Assembly: GCA_049852185.1 (NCBI GenBank)
Contig: CP187540.1
Length of the DNA stretch: 64,000 bases
Source of the DNA: Methanocaldococcus sp. 28A
GTDB taxonomy: Archaea; AGJL01; Methanococci; Methanococcales; Methanocaldococcaceae
Direction: 5' to 3' (one strand)
In this document: positions 21,709 through 31,999 of the stretch, one piece after another
Layout of the letters: each line of letters starts with the position of its first letter
How positions within the stretch are numbered: the stretch's first letter is position 1
Made by a program: the position numbers and the translations under genes
Notes under the pieces: model-generated
Seen by the model: only the letters and a program-made list of their open reading frames with translations
Database searches by the model: none
Told to the model about the DNA's origin: nothing

Positions 21709-22050
21709 ACTTTACCTCAACTATTTCTATTTAAAGTTGAAAAATTAAATTAGGAGGATGTCTATGTAGCATTATTATATGATAACACTCCGCTTAAAGT
21801 AGAGAATTAAAAAACATCAACATCCAGGGTTGCTTCACAGTTATTTTATATCTTTCTATTCTTTCGCTAAATGTAAAATCTATTCTTATCTTTTATCTTT
21901 CTTAAAACATAACAAGTCCCTGCCTATCTCGCTCTATTTGTGTTTATATATATGAATTTTGTAGAAATAAATATATATTTTTATGAAGAACTTCTGAAAG
22001 TGATAATGTTCTAAATTTATTAATATAACCTATAAAAGTTTTATTAAAAT

Positions 22051-22896
22051 CTATTTTTCTATTTTCTTCCTTTCAGTTATTTTTTCATTAACAATATCTA
22101 AATACTCTTTTAACCTTTCTTTACTCTTCACAGCATCTCTAACATTCTTATTTTCTATACTTATTATTCCATCATATTTAATATCTTTTAACTTGTTAAG
22201 AACTTCAACAAAGTTGATATTTCCATCTCCTATTTTTAAATGTTCATCATCATAGCCATTGTTGTCATGGGCATGGACATGAATTATACCAATTCCAATA
22301 TTCTGAAGTTTTTCAACAAATTCAGCAGGATTTCCTACAGTATTTGCATGCCCAATATCAAATGTTATTCCTAAATTCTTTGAGTCAATGTCTTTAACAA
22401 TCTCCAATAATGATTCTGGAGTTATTCCCAATAATCCTCTAAAGTTTGGCATATTCTCTAAACCAATCTTTATTCCATAATCTTCAGCTATCTCTACAAT
22501 CTCAGATAGTGTTGAAAAATTGTTATCCAATATATCATTTACATAGTTACTCCAAAGCTCTGGAATATAGCCGGGATGCACTACAACAACTTCAGAATCA
22601 AGTTCAAAAGCTCCCTCTATAGCATCTCTAATACATTCAACCGTTAATCTTCTAACTCTCTCATTCATTGATGCTGGGTTTAAATCTGAAAAAGGTGCAT
22701 GCACTATAATATCTACATCATCATACTTATCTCTCAATTCCATAAGATACTTTATATTCTTTGGAGATAGATAATGAGTTCCTTCACAAACAATTTCCCA
22801 TGCATCAAAGTAGAGCTTAGCTATTTTTTCCATTGAAGAAGTTAAACATTCTGGTAAGAAAACTAATGATGAAACTCCAAATTTCATATTTAACAC
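22051..22896 (-). CDS. Sugar phosphate isomerase/epimerase (AP endonuclease 2 TIM barrel)
   Basis: HAPFSDLN, VHPG, LENMP, FDIGHA, HAHDN..DEHL. Confidence 0.88.
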   Translation of the reverse strand: MLNMKFGVSSLVFLPECLTSSMEKIAKLYFDAWEIVCEGTHYLSPKNIKYLMELRDKYDDVDIIVHAPFSDLNPASMNERVRRLTVECIRDAIEGAFELDSEVVVVHPGYIPELWSNYVNDILDNNFSTLSEIVEIAEDYGIKIGLENMPNFRGLLGITPESLLEIVKDIDSKNLGITFDIGHANTVGNPAEFVEKLQNIGIGIIHVHAHDNNGYDDEHLKIGDGNINFVEVLNKLKDIKYDGIISIENKNVRDAVKSKERLKEYLDIVNEKITERKKIEK

Positions 22897-22933
22897 CCAT
22901 TTGATTCTTTGTCCTAATTTAATTTATAATATA

Positions 22934-24307
22934 TTATTCTCTTCCCCAATCGTCATTAAATCTAACGATATCATCCTCCTCCAAATACTCTCCAACTTGA
23001 ATTTCAATAACTTCCAAAGGAATTTTTCCAGGATTTTCTAATCTATGCTTTAAACCACTTCTAACAAAAATACTTTCTCCACTTCTAACGAACTTTTCTT
23101 CTCCTTCAATAGTTACTTTTGCCATTCCCTTCACAACTACCCAGTGCTCACTTCTGTGATAATGCAATTGATAGCTTAACTTTTTTCCCGGCAATACAGT
23201 TATCTTTTTGACCTTATAAAACTTCCCTATTTCTAAAACCTCATACCATCCCCAAGGTCTATACACTTTTTTATGATATAGAATTCTTTCATCATTTTTT
23301 TGTTTTAAATATTTAACTATATTCTTAACCTTCTGACTATCTCCTTTATTACAAATTAATAAAGCATCTTTTGTATCAACAACAATTAAATCATTTATAC
23401 CAATTAAAGAGACTAACTTTCCATTATATGAATATATTAAATTATCTTTTGAATTTAATAAAATAGTTTCTCCATAAATAACATTTCCATTATTATCTTT
23501 ATCAAAAACATCATATATAGCATCAAAACTACCTAAATCACTCCATTTTATACTTAATGGAATTACAGCTACTCTATTAGATTTCTCCATGATACCATAA
23601 TCTATAGAGATGTCAGGGACTTTTTTATAAATTTCATTAATATCCTCTTCTTTAAAAGCTTCATAAACTTCAGGGCAATATTTTTTAACTTCTTCTTCAA
23701 AAATATCTGTATTAAATAGAAACATTCCACTGTTCCATAAATAACCTCTTTCAATATATTTTTTAGCAGTTTTTAAATCTGGCTTTTCTTTAAATTCATC
23801 AACTTTATAACCAATATTTAGCTTCTCTCCAGGTTTTATATATCCATAACCAGTGTGTGGTTTATTTGGCTTTATTCCAAATGTTATTAAATAATTATCA
23901 GCTAATTTTTCTCCTTCTTTAACCGTTTTTATAAATTCATCTACATTCTCAATTAAATGGTCTGATGGAAATACAGCTATATTATCATCTCCATATCTCT
24001 CTTTTATAACCTTAACTCCATAATAGATTGCTGGTAATGTATTTTTTCCTATAGGTTCCACTAATATATTACTTTCTTTAAAATTATAACCCAATTCCTC
24101 TATTTGCCCTAAAACCAAAAACTTATGATTTTCATTGGTTATTATGTATATATCCTCTATATCTGATACTTTTAAAGCTCTCTCAAAAGTTAATTGGAAG
24201 AGAGATTTTTCAAATGCCTTGAATTTTATAAACTGTTTTGGATAATATTCTCTACTTAATGGAAATAATCTACTCCCAACCCCTCCAGCTAAGATTAGTG
24301 TTTTCAT
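22934..24307 (-). CDS. manC: Mannose-1-phosphate guanylyltransferase / mannose-6-phosphate isomerase
   Basis: LAGGVGSRLFPLSR..PKQF, WNSGMF, WSDLGS; C-terminal cupin RPWG..HYHRSEHW. Confidence 0.93.
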   Translation of the reverse strand: MKTLILAGGVGSRLFPLSREYYPKQFIKFKAFEKSLFQLTFERALKVSDIEDIYIITNENHKFLVLGQIEELGYNFKESNILVEPIGKNTLPAIYYGVKVIKERYGDDNIAVFPSDHLIENVDEFIKTVKEGEKLADNYLITFGIKPNKPHTGYGYIKPGEKLNIGYKVDEFKEKPDLKTAKKYIERGYLWNSGMFLFNTDIFEEEVKKYCPEVYEAFKEEDINEIYKKVPDISIDYGIMEKSNRVAVIPLSIKWSDLGSFDAIYDVFDKDNNGNVIYGETILLNSKDNLIYSYNGKLVSLIGINDLIVVDTKDALLICNKGDSQKVKNIVKYLKQKNDERILYHKKVYRPWGWYEVLEIGKFYKVKKITVLPGKKLSYQLHYHRSEHWVVVKGMAKVTIEGEEKFVRSGESIFVRSGLKHRLENPGKIPLEVIEIQVGEYLEEDDIVRFNDDWGRE

Positions 24308-24379
24308 TTTCTCACCTTAAAAATTATATTCACAAATATTATGGTATAAATTATAAATAATTAATCTCTCTAAAACCAT

Positions 24380-24916
24380 TCATTCTTTTTTAAACAAGAA
24401 CATAAAGAATGAAACCAATCCAACTCCAATTAAAACCATAACTTGACTCAAATAATCATAACTCAACAAATTAAAGTATTGCCAAAAGATAAAAATTCCC
24501 AATATAACAAACCCTATGGGAATAATAACTCCTCTTATATCTAATTCTTTATAAAAAGCATTAAATAATAGGTATAAAACTAAAATAAAAAACAAATACT
24601 TATAAAAATAACTCAACAGTAACATAAATGCAACAATAGTATTTTGATGATTTTCATCCTCTTTCAAAATATCTCCTAAAAAAAGTAGATGTGGAATTAC
24701 TACAAAAAATATTACTTCCCAATTTGTATATAAGGATTTAAAACTAACTAAAAACCCAATAGATAAAAGATACAAAACAAAAACAAATAAAGATAGATTT
24801 TTATTAAAATTCTTTAAAACATAAACACATACAAGAAAAATTGGAGCATAAAAGTTAATAAACAATCCTCCAACAATTGCACTAATTAAAGAGGTTAAGT
24901 TTATCTTTATTTTCAT
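24380..24916 (-). CDS. Multi-pass membrane protein, last gene of the MoxR operon
   Basis: Very hydrophobic; 4-bp overlap with the upstream gene. Confidence 0.7.
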   Translation of the reverse strand: MKIKINLTSLISAIVGGLFINFYAPIFLVCVYVLKNFNKNLSLFVFVLYLLSIGFLVSFKSLYTNWEVIFFVVIPHLLFLGDILKEDENHQNTIVAFMLLLSYFYKYLFFILVLYLLFNAFYKELDIRGVIIPIGFVILGIFIFWQYFNLLSYDYLSQVMVLIGVGLVSFFMFLFKKE

Positions 24917-26211
24917 TTTATGTCCTCCAATATATTATCAATTAAATCTCCAGGACCTATATCTAAAATAGGGCAGAGAGTGCTGATTTTTCTAAGTGAC
25001 TTTTCCCTCTCAACAAATCTCTTGTAGAGTTTTGGGATATTATATTCATCCAATCTATCCTCATCAATAAACAGTATAGGATTTAGGGATAAAATATATA
25101 TTTTAACATTTTTCTTTTTAAGATTATTAATAACTCCTACCAATTCTCTCCATCTTAACCCAATATCAGTTATTATTATAACTGAACTATTTGGTTTTAC
25201 TTTATTAGATGCTAATGTAATTCCACTAATGGAACCCCTCAACAATGGAGATATAGATTTTAAAAATTTTAAATTTATTTTATTCTCAAAAGAAATTTTT
25301 AAACTTGGAATTCCCTTTGAAGACTTAAGTTCTTCAATAAAATTTTTTATAACTCCATTTTTAGGATTACTTATTGTCTTTTTAACTCCAACATTATCAA
25401 AGAATATTATCTCAAAGTTTATATTTTTTGATGTGATGAAATAAGTTAGTTGAGATATAAGCAAACTCAAATAATCAATCTTTGATTTTTTTGAATTAAT
25501 TTCTTTTAGAAATTCCCTACTGACATCAACAAGAATATAAATATTTCCCTCAAATTCTCTTAAAAACTCTTTTATTATCAATCTCCCAGTTCTTGCAGTT
25601 GCCTTCCAATCAATATACTTAGCGTCATCTCCTATTTGATATTCCCTTAAAGTATCAAACTCTAAACTTCTTATACCCATTTTTAGTGAAGTTAATGTAT
25701 CTTTGCTAAGTTTTATATTTCTATCTCTTATAAGACCATTTTTAATACTATCGATAGATGGATATACATTTACAGTAAATTCCTTTTTTATAAAAATGTC
25801 TTTGCAGTATATTTCATAAACATCATAAACCCTCAAGATAAATTCTTTAATTTTAAAACTACCCTTTTTCTTAGGTTTTAATTTAACCTCAATCTCTTTA
25901 CTCTCCCCAGCATTTAACAACAAATCTGGAACCTCCCAAAAAAAGTTATCATCACTCTCTAAGATCCTAATTTTTAGAGGAATTTTTGACTTATTCTTTA
26001 TTTTAAAGATAAACTTTATTTCCTCATTTTCAACAACATCAGTATTTAGAATTTCAATATCACAACTAACCAATGGGTTAAATGAAAATCTCACTGCCAA
26101 TAAATATAAAATAATCCCAAGTCCAAGTAATGGCGGAATTATATTAATAAATAAATATCCCTGCACAAAGAGCAAAATACTCGTAAAAATTAACAAATCC
26201 TCCTTATTCAT
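24913..26211 (-). CDS. DUF58 family protein (vWA-like MoxR partner)
   Basis: EFDTLREYQIGDDAKYIDWKATAR..KEF; LVDVS motif; N-terminal TM segments. Confidence 0.9.
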   Translation of the reverse strand: MNKEDLLIFTSILLFVQGYLFINIIPPLLGLGIILYLLAVRFSFNPLVSCDIEILNTDVVENEEIKFIFKIKNKSKIPLKIRILESDDNFFWEVPDLLLNAGESKEIEVKLKPKKKGSFKIKEFILRVYDVYEIYCKDIFIKKEFTVNVYPSIDSIKNGLIRDRNIKLSKDTLTSLKMGIRSLEFDTLREYQIGDDAKYIDWKATARTGRLIIKEFLREFEGNIYILVDVSREFLKEINSKKSKIDYLSLLISQLTYFITSKNINFEIIFFDNVGVKKTISNPKNGVIKNFIEELKSSKGIPSLKISFENKINLKFLKSISPLLRGSISGITLASNKVKPNSSVIIITDIGLRWRELVGVINNLKKKNVKIYILSLNPILFIDEDRLDEYNIPKLYKRFVEREKSLRKISTLCPILDIGPGDLIDNILEDIK

Positions 26212-26221
26212 AATATCAACA

Positions 26222-27178
26222 TCACTTTGGAACTTCAGTGTTTTTTAATATATCCTCAATAACTTCTTTTACACTAACACCCTCCATCACATACTCTGCC
26301 TTAACCTTAATTCTATGATTTAAGATATACAATGCAAGTTCTTTAACATCATCTGGAATAACATAGTCCCTTCTATTTAAAAAAGCCAAAGCCTTAGAGG
26401 CATAGAGAAGATGTTCAGATGCCCTCGGGGAAGCACCATAAAGCAATCTATCATCAGTCCTCGTTGCATTAACAATATTAACTATATATTCCAAAATCTC
26501 ATCACTTACATGTACCCCCTTAACTCCAATATAGGCATACTTTAAATCAATCTCCGATATTACAGAATTTACTTTCCAAAAATTATCTAAATGTTTCTTT
26601 TTTAACATTTCAATTTCTTCATCCTTCTTAGGATACTCTAAATTAATCTTAAACATAAACCTATCCATCTGTGCCTCTGGGAGCTCATAAACCCCTTCAT
26701 GCTCTATTGGATTTTTTGTTGCTATTAGCATAAATGGCTTTGGGATTTCAAAAACTTTTCCTTCAATAGTAACTTGTCTTTCTTGCATAGCCTCCAACAA
26801 TGCAGATTGTGTTTTTGGGGAGGTTCTATTTATTTCATCTGCTAACACAATGTTTGCAAAAATTGGGCCTTTTTTAACTTCAAAACTCCCTGTTTTTTGG
26901 TTGTAATAATATATTCCAATAATATCACTTGCCATTGTATCTGGAGTTAGTTGTATTCTTGAAAATTTTAAGCCAAATACCTTTGCGAAGTTTTTAGCTA
27001 TTGTTGTTTTTGCTATTCCAGGAAAACCTTCCAATAAAACATGTCCATTGGATAATAAAGCTATTGTTAAAAGTTTTATAACATCCTTTTTTCCAACAAC
27101 ACATTTTTCCATTTCTTTCTCTATTTTTTTAAGAAATACTTTTCCTTCCATATTTTCTACCTGCTCTAACCATTTCAA
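26222..27178 (-). CDS. MoxR-family AAA+ ATPase
   Basis: HVLLEGFPGIAKT, RIQLTPD, LADEINR..PKTQSALLEAMQE, LPEAQMDRF; true start probably MEGK (~27151). Confidence 0.95.
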   Translation of the reverse strand: MKWLEQVENMEGKVFLKKIEKEMEKCVVGKKDVIKLLTIALLSNGHVLLEGFPGIAKTTIAKNFAKVFGLKFSRIQLTPDTMASDIIGIYYYNQKTGSFEVKKGPIFANIVLADEINRTSPKTQSALLEAMQERQVTIEGKVFEIPKPFMLIATKNPIEHEGVYELPEAQMDRFMFKINLEYPKKDEEIEMLKKKHLDNFWKVNSVISEIDLKYAYIGVKGVHVSDEILEYIVNIVNATRTDDRLLYGASPRASEHLLYASKALAFLNRRDYVIPDDVKELALYILNHRIKVKAEYVMEGVSVKEVIEDILKNTEVPK

Positions 27179-28121
27179 TGAACTCTTTTAATTTCTCATA
27201 TTCAATATTGTTTTCTTCAGCAATTTTTTTAATATCTATCTTATTATTCTTTCTATTTAAAACCCTAACTAATCTATTAAATATCTTAACATATAATCCA
27301 CTTTCATTTAAAAATCCCAAAACTATTATAACAAAGAATATTAGAAACATTTTGTTTTTTGATACCGAACTATGTAAATAAACTACTCCAATATCATATG
27401 GACTGAATCCAGCATGATGAACCTCATCAAAATAATAAGTCCCAGCGTTTATATGTTCTAAAAAATATTTCCAAAATTTACTATTAAATTTATACATCCC
27501 ATTTATAAAAATGTCTGGATCTGAAATTATAACAATCTTTCCGTTTGAATAGTTTGTTTCAACCATTATTGGATAAGCCTTTTGCTTTCCATTGCTAACA
27601 GAAACGGAACTTGTTAATATTATTCCATTATTTGAGTTAATATATGCTGGAACATTCAATGTAACATTTCCATTGAAATTTTTAACTTTGCATGTTACTA
27701 TTAAATTATCATTTTTATAATAAAAGAGGTCATTAACCTTAGAATTTGATATTCTCATTGACAAATTTAAACCTTTAAGGATTTCATTTGCAGTACCAAA
27801 ATCATCCGCTATAACCACTGTATTTCCATTATTTAAAAATTCTTTTATTTTTTCAATCTCATACGTAGAAAAATCAAGATTTGGCCCAATAATAAACAAA
27901 ACTCCATTCATTTTTGAAAAATCATACGTGTTGTAGGGAGAGATTAAAGGAACTATATCTCCCCTCTTATAAACCATCTTAGCAAATTCTGAACATCCAT
28001 TCCATTTTGTATTAAATATACTATAATCAGAGAATGTTTTTATTGTAGGGACCCCAATAGGTAAAGATAACAAAGCCACACCAATACATGCTAAAACCAC
28101 ATATTTCAAATACTTATTCAT
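27129..28121 (-). CDS. DUF4350-like membrane-anchored protein
   Basis: Signal/TM N-terminus, SIFNTKWNG, IADDFG, SDPDIFIN, FDEVH, C-terminal TM. Confidence 0.75.
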   Translation of the reverse strand: MNKYLKYVVLACIGVALLSLPIGVPTIKTFSDYSIFNTKWNGCSEFAKMVYKRGDIVPLISPYNTYDFSKMNGVLFIIGPNLDFSTYEIEKIKEFLNNGNTVVIADDFGTANEILKGLNLSMRISNSKVNDLFYYKNDNLIVTCKVKNFNGNVTLNVPAYINSNNGIILTSSVSVSNGKQKAYPIMVETNYSNGKIVIISDPDIFINGMYKFNSKFWKYFLEHINAGTYYFDEVHHAGFSPYDIGVVYLHSSVSKNKMFLIFFVIIVLGFLNESGLYVKIFNRLVRVLNRKNNKIDIKKIAEENNIEYEKLKEFIEMVRAGRKYGRKSIS

Positions 28122-29922
28122 TAATTTCCCCCAAGATTTTATTTATTCTTTTAAAAAACTCTTCTCTTAAATGGGCATTAATTTCAATTCCTTTATAAAC
28201 ATAATTTTCATGAATTTTAGTTATAATATTTAAATCATCATATAAATCAGGTTTTTTCTCTTTTATAATGTTGAGAAGTTCTCTTGGAGTTAGATTTTTT
28301 GGTAAATTATATTTTGAAGTAATTTTGTTGAAAATAAATTTATAGGCTTCTTTAATATCATTAGGTATTTCTTCATCTTTTTCATTTACTTCTTTAGTTT
28401 CTACAATATTCTCTTCACTCACTTCAACAACGATTTTCTCTTTATCATACTTAGACTGTTTAAATACTTTATTTTTATAAAGATAACCAATTATTAATCC
28501 CAATGCTACAATCCCCAATATAATAAATATTATAGGAGAATTTTCTTTAACATGAATTTTTATAATATTAGATTTACAACCTTCATGATATTCATCTCCT
28601 CTATAAATTGCATAAACTACATAATCTCCCGAGGAGTTAAAGAATATGTTTGTTTTGAAAGTTCCATTGGTTTTTATTATTTTATATAAATTGTCATTAA
28701 CAAATATACAAACGTCAGAAGTTCTATTTAATCCCTCAACATTTCCATAAATGATTAAAGGTTCATTAACAGAGACGTTGGTTTTATCAGTATAGATAGT
28801 TATTTTTACAGGATACTTTAAAAACTCAACATCTACTGTTTTATTAGCAGGTTTATAAATTTCATTTCCTTTATATACTAAATTAATGAGTTTCAATAAT
28901 GATTTTGGGGAAAACTCAACTATAGTAAATGTTCCATTATCATCTACATGTATAATTTTATTATTAGCAAAGATTGTAGTATTTTTTATAGGATTTCCAT
29001 AGTAATCAATTAACTTTCCATTAATCTTTATTTCCTCACCAACATAAGCTGTGTAGTTATTATCTACAACCATGTAACTTGGAATCCTTGATACATTAAC
29101 ATAAACTATGTTAGATGTCTTACCATTCTGTGTGGCATATATTTTATAGATTCCTGTCCTATTAAAGCTATACTTCATTAGAAATAAATTATTTTTTACT
29201 GTTAGATTGTAGGTTTTATTTTCTTCATTATTTATATGTATTATAACGTATCCATTCTCTCCAATTCCATATATTGTTATATTTTCAAATAATATAGGAT
29301 TTTTATTTGATACATCTATTGTTAAATTTGTTATTGTTATGTTTCCATATTTTGAAAACTTTTTCTTATATAATTCCAAATATTTTCTAACATCTGAGGT
29401 ATTAAACTTTAACGTTTCATTTCCTTTTTTTAATATAGAGATATTATCTATTTCATCCAGCAGTGTTTCCATATTATTTATTGTTTCATTTATTTCAACA
29501 ATCCTTAACCTTGCATTATACAAACTGTAAGTTGTATTTTTAGCTAAATCATCCTTTAACTCTTTATTCAACTCACATAAATGCATAAGCTCTTTTGAAA
29601 ATTCATAAAAAGGATTTATGATATATTCTGAAGGACTCTCTATATTTTTTGACTTATATATTAATATTACCGTCCTTGTTTTCTCAACTTTTTTAAAAAC
29701 ATATATTGAATCATTAAAATAGTCTGGATTGTCAAAAACCATCTCATTCAAAACATCTGCAAATTCTTTAATAATATCATTAAAATATTTGTAGGTAAAT
29801 TCATCATCATCCACTAACTCTTCTGGATTTATATGATTTTGGGCATTGGCTATAGATAAAGATAAAGCAACAAAAATGATGAAATAATATTTCAACCTAT
29901 TCAGCATCACTTCCACCTTCAC
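28114..29922 (-). CDS. Surface protein with Ig-like repeats, a TM segment and a DUF4129-like tail
   Basis: Signal peptide, beta-rich repeats (YxGNEIYKPA, YRGDEYHEG), TM, then LTPRELL..HENYVY. Confidence 0.7.
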   Translation of the reverse strand: MKVEVMLNRLKYYFIIFVALSLSIANAQNHINPEELVDDDEFTYKYFNDIIKEFADVLNEMVFDNPDYFNDSIYVFKKVEKTRTVILIYKSKNIESPSEYIINPFYEFSKELMHLCELNKELKDDLAKNTTYSLYNARLRIVEINETINNMETLLDEIDNISILKKGNETLKFNTSDVRKYLELYKKKFSKYGNITITNLTIDVSNKNPILFENITIYGIGENGYVIIHINNEENKTYNLTVKNNLFLMKYSFNRTGIYKIYATQNGKTSNIVYVNVSRIPSYMVVDNNYTAYVGEEIKINGKLIDYYGNPIKNTTIFANNKIIHVDDNGTFTIVEFSPKSLLKLINLVYKGNEIYKPANKTVDVEFLKYPVKITIYTDKTNVSVNEPLIIYGNVEGLNRTSDVCIFVNDNLYKIIKTNGTFKTNIFFNSSGDYVVYAIYRGDEYHEGCKSNIIKIHVKENSPIIFIILGIVALGLIIGYLYKNKVFKQSKYDKEKIVVEVSEENIVETKEVNEKDEEIPNDIKEAYKFIFNKITSKYNLPKNLTPRELLNIIKEKKPDLYDDLNIITKIHENYVYKGIEINAHLREEFFKRINKILGEINE

Positions 29923-30251
29923 ATTTTTTGAAAGTGTGGTATCCCGAAAATATTTCGCATCTATAAATAATAAAAAAGAGGTTGATATAACTATAATCCC
30001 TAATTTTTTATATATACTTTCATATAAATCTTTCTGTAATGAAAATCTATAAATGTCTAATCTGTTTATGAAAAATTAATCTGTTTCAAACGGAATTTAA
30101 ATAATGTAATAACTACAGGTATCGTTAAGAAGGAAAAAATTGAAAGAGAACATTTCTTTAAAATTAAAAATCCTAAAAATATTGTTAAATAATAATCTAC
30201 AGAGAGAAAAGTCTAAAAATTATTTCAAGATGATTTACCTTCGTAGTTATA

Positions 30252-31265
30252 TTGGGGATTTTTATGGATTTATATGCAATAGTTGAACAAATAGTAATGA
30301 ATTATGGATACTTAGGAATATTCATAGTATCATTTACAGAGGCGTTTATACAGCCAATTCCACCGGATGTATTTATAATAGGAGCATCTTATTTTGGTTT
30401 GAATCCAATAATTTCTGCGATAGTTGCTACCATTGGTTCAACCTTAGGAGGATTGTTTGGCTATTTTTTGGGGGATAGATTGGGGCATCCAATATTTATA
30501 AAACTTTTTGGGGAGAAATATCTATATAAAGGAGAGAAGTTTTTTAACAAGTATGGTGTTTTTGGAGTAATTATAGCAGGTATCTCTCCATTACCCTATA
30601 AAGTTATTGCATGGCTTTCAGGAATTTTTGAAATGCATAGGCTATTATTTACAATTGGGACAATAATTGGAAGATTACCAAGATTTTTAGCTGTAGCTTA
30701 TTTTGGAGATATTTTAGGAAATGTAAATAAATTGTATGAGTTTAATATTTGGCTATTTTATTTAATAAACTCTCACTACAATTCTATCCTTGATACAATT
30801 ATGATATTAATCTCTAAAACTGTATATCCAATAATTGCCATTTCAATTCTAATAATCTTAATAAAAAATAGAAAATTTGGTATAAAACTAATTTTTGTTT
30901 TATTTTTAGCTACCGTGATTGCATTCTCTTTAAAATATTTAATAAATGAACCAAGGCCTTATTTGGTTTTAGGGAATGTCCATTTGTTGTGCTACGAAGG
31001 ATATGAATCAAGTTTTCCAAGTGGGCATACTACTTTAGCATTTACATTAGCAACATCTTTCTTATATTACTCAAGAAAAATAGGATTATTGTTTTTAATT
31101 TGGGCAATTCTTGTAGCTTATAGCAGAGTTTATGTAGGGGTGCATTATCCTTTTGATATTATTGCAGGCATGATTATTGGAGTCCTTTGCGGATTCCTAA
31201 TAAAAATTGATAAATCTAAAGTAAGAAAATTCATAAATAAGCTAAGGTTAAAAATTAAGCTTTAG
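30252..31265 (+). CDS. DedA-domain / PAP2 phosphatase fusion membrane protein
   Basis: DedA N-half; PAP2 motifs [27 protein letters not shown]. Confidence 0.9.
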   Translation: MGIFMDLYAIVEQIVMNYGYLGIFIVSFTEAFIQPIPPDVFIIGASYFGLNPIISAIVATIGSTLGGLFGYFLGDRLGHPIFIKLFGEKYLYKGEKFFNKYGVFGVIIAGISPLPYKVIAWLSGIFEMHRLLFTIGTIIGRLPRFLAVAYFGDILGNVNKLYEFNIWLFYLINSHYNSILDTIMILISKTVYPIIAISILIILIKNRKFGIKLIFVLFLATVIAFSLKYLINEPRPYLVLGNVHLLCYEGYESSFPSGHTTLAFTLATSFLYYSRKIGLLFLIWAILVAYSRVYVGVHYPFDIIAGMIIGVLCGFLIKIDKSKVRKFINKLRLKIKL

Positions 31266-31271
31266 AAATAT

Positions 31272-31356
31272 TATAGTTGTGTGCAAAATGAAATCAACTT
31301 TTATAAGGACAATTTGAATGCCTTCCTTAAAGAAGGCATTCACTAATTCCTTATTT
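31272..31356. repeat. Family A repeat, partial copy in reverse orientation (second end missing)
   Basis: TATAGTTGTGTGCAAAA plus the GAATGCCTTC..GAAGGCATTC core hairpin. Confidence 0.75.
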
Positions 31357-31494
31357 TAATAGAAATTTCTTCGTAGATTTATATTTTTATAATGGCACTA
31401 TTATTTACAATTTTCTGTTTAAATTTTCTAATAACACTAATTAAAAAAGTTAATAACAAAGAATAAAAAAGAAAATAAAATCTATATCTCAAAT

Positions 31495-31962
31495 TTATTT
31501 CTCCAACAAATTAGCAATTCTATCTAAATTCTCTGAGATTTTAATTAATATCTCACTTTGTTTATCGATTTTAACATTCAACTCTTCTAATGAACCAAAG
31601 ATTAATTTTATATACTTAACACCCTCATCCAACTTTTTATTTAACTCTAACAAATCATCTGCTGATATTCTATTAATCCCATCTGGAAACTCAATGTATG
31701 TATTTAGTTCTCTCTCTTCAATCCTTTCTATTTTTATAAGGTTATCAACCTCTTCTAATTCTTTAATTAATTCTTTAAACAATCTTTTTTTTCTTTCTGA
31801 ATCAAAGTTTGCTAAAATTCTAACAGTCCCATCTTTGTAGTTATAAATAATTCCATTAATGCCTAAGCCCCTACCTATGTGTTCAATCCTATCTATAAAT
31901 CCAACATGTTGAACCTTCCCATAAATGATTATCTCATAAGTCGTTGCCATAACAATCACCAC
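31495..31962 (-). CDS. Acylphosphatase-like domain protein with a C-terminal coiled coil
   Basis: [18 protein letters not shown]; heptad-repeat tail. Confidence 0.8.
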   Translation of the reverse strand: MVIVMATTYEIIIYGKVQHVGFIDRIEHIGRGLGINGIIYNYKDGTVRILANFDSERKKRLFKELIKELEEVDNLIKIERIEERELNTYIEFPDGINRISADDLLELNKKLDEGVKYIKLIFGSLEELNVKIDKQSEILIKISENLDRIANLLEK

Positions 31963-31999
31963 AAATTATACTATAATCTAAATATCCATAATTTGGTTC

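Noticed and set aside
21709-22050. 340-bp intergenic region as a possible ncRNA or gene remnant
   Set aside because: No GC enrichment, stable structure or recognisable ORF; only a faint family-B-like trace near 21950-22045.
30072-30100. AATTAATCTGTTTCAAACGGAATT loosely resembles a Methanocaldococcus CRISPR repeat
   Set aside because: Single degenerate copy, no repeat-spacer periodicity and no cas genes in the window.
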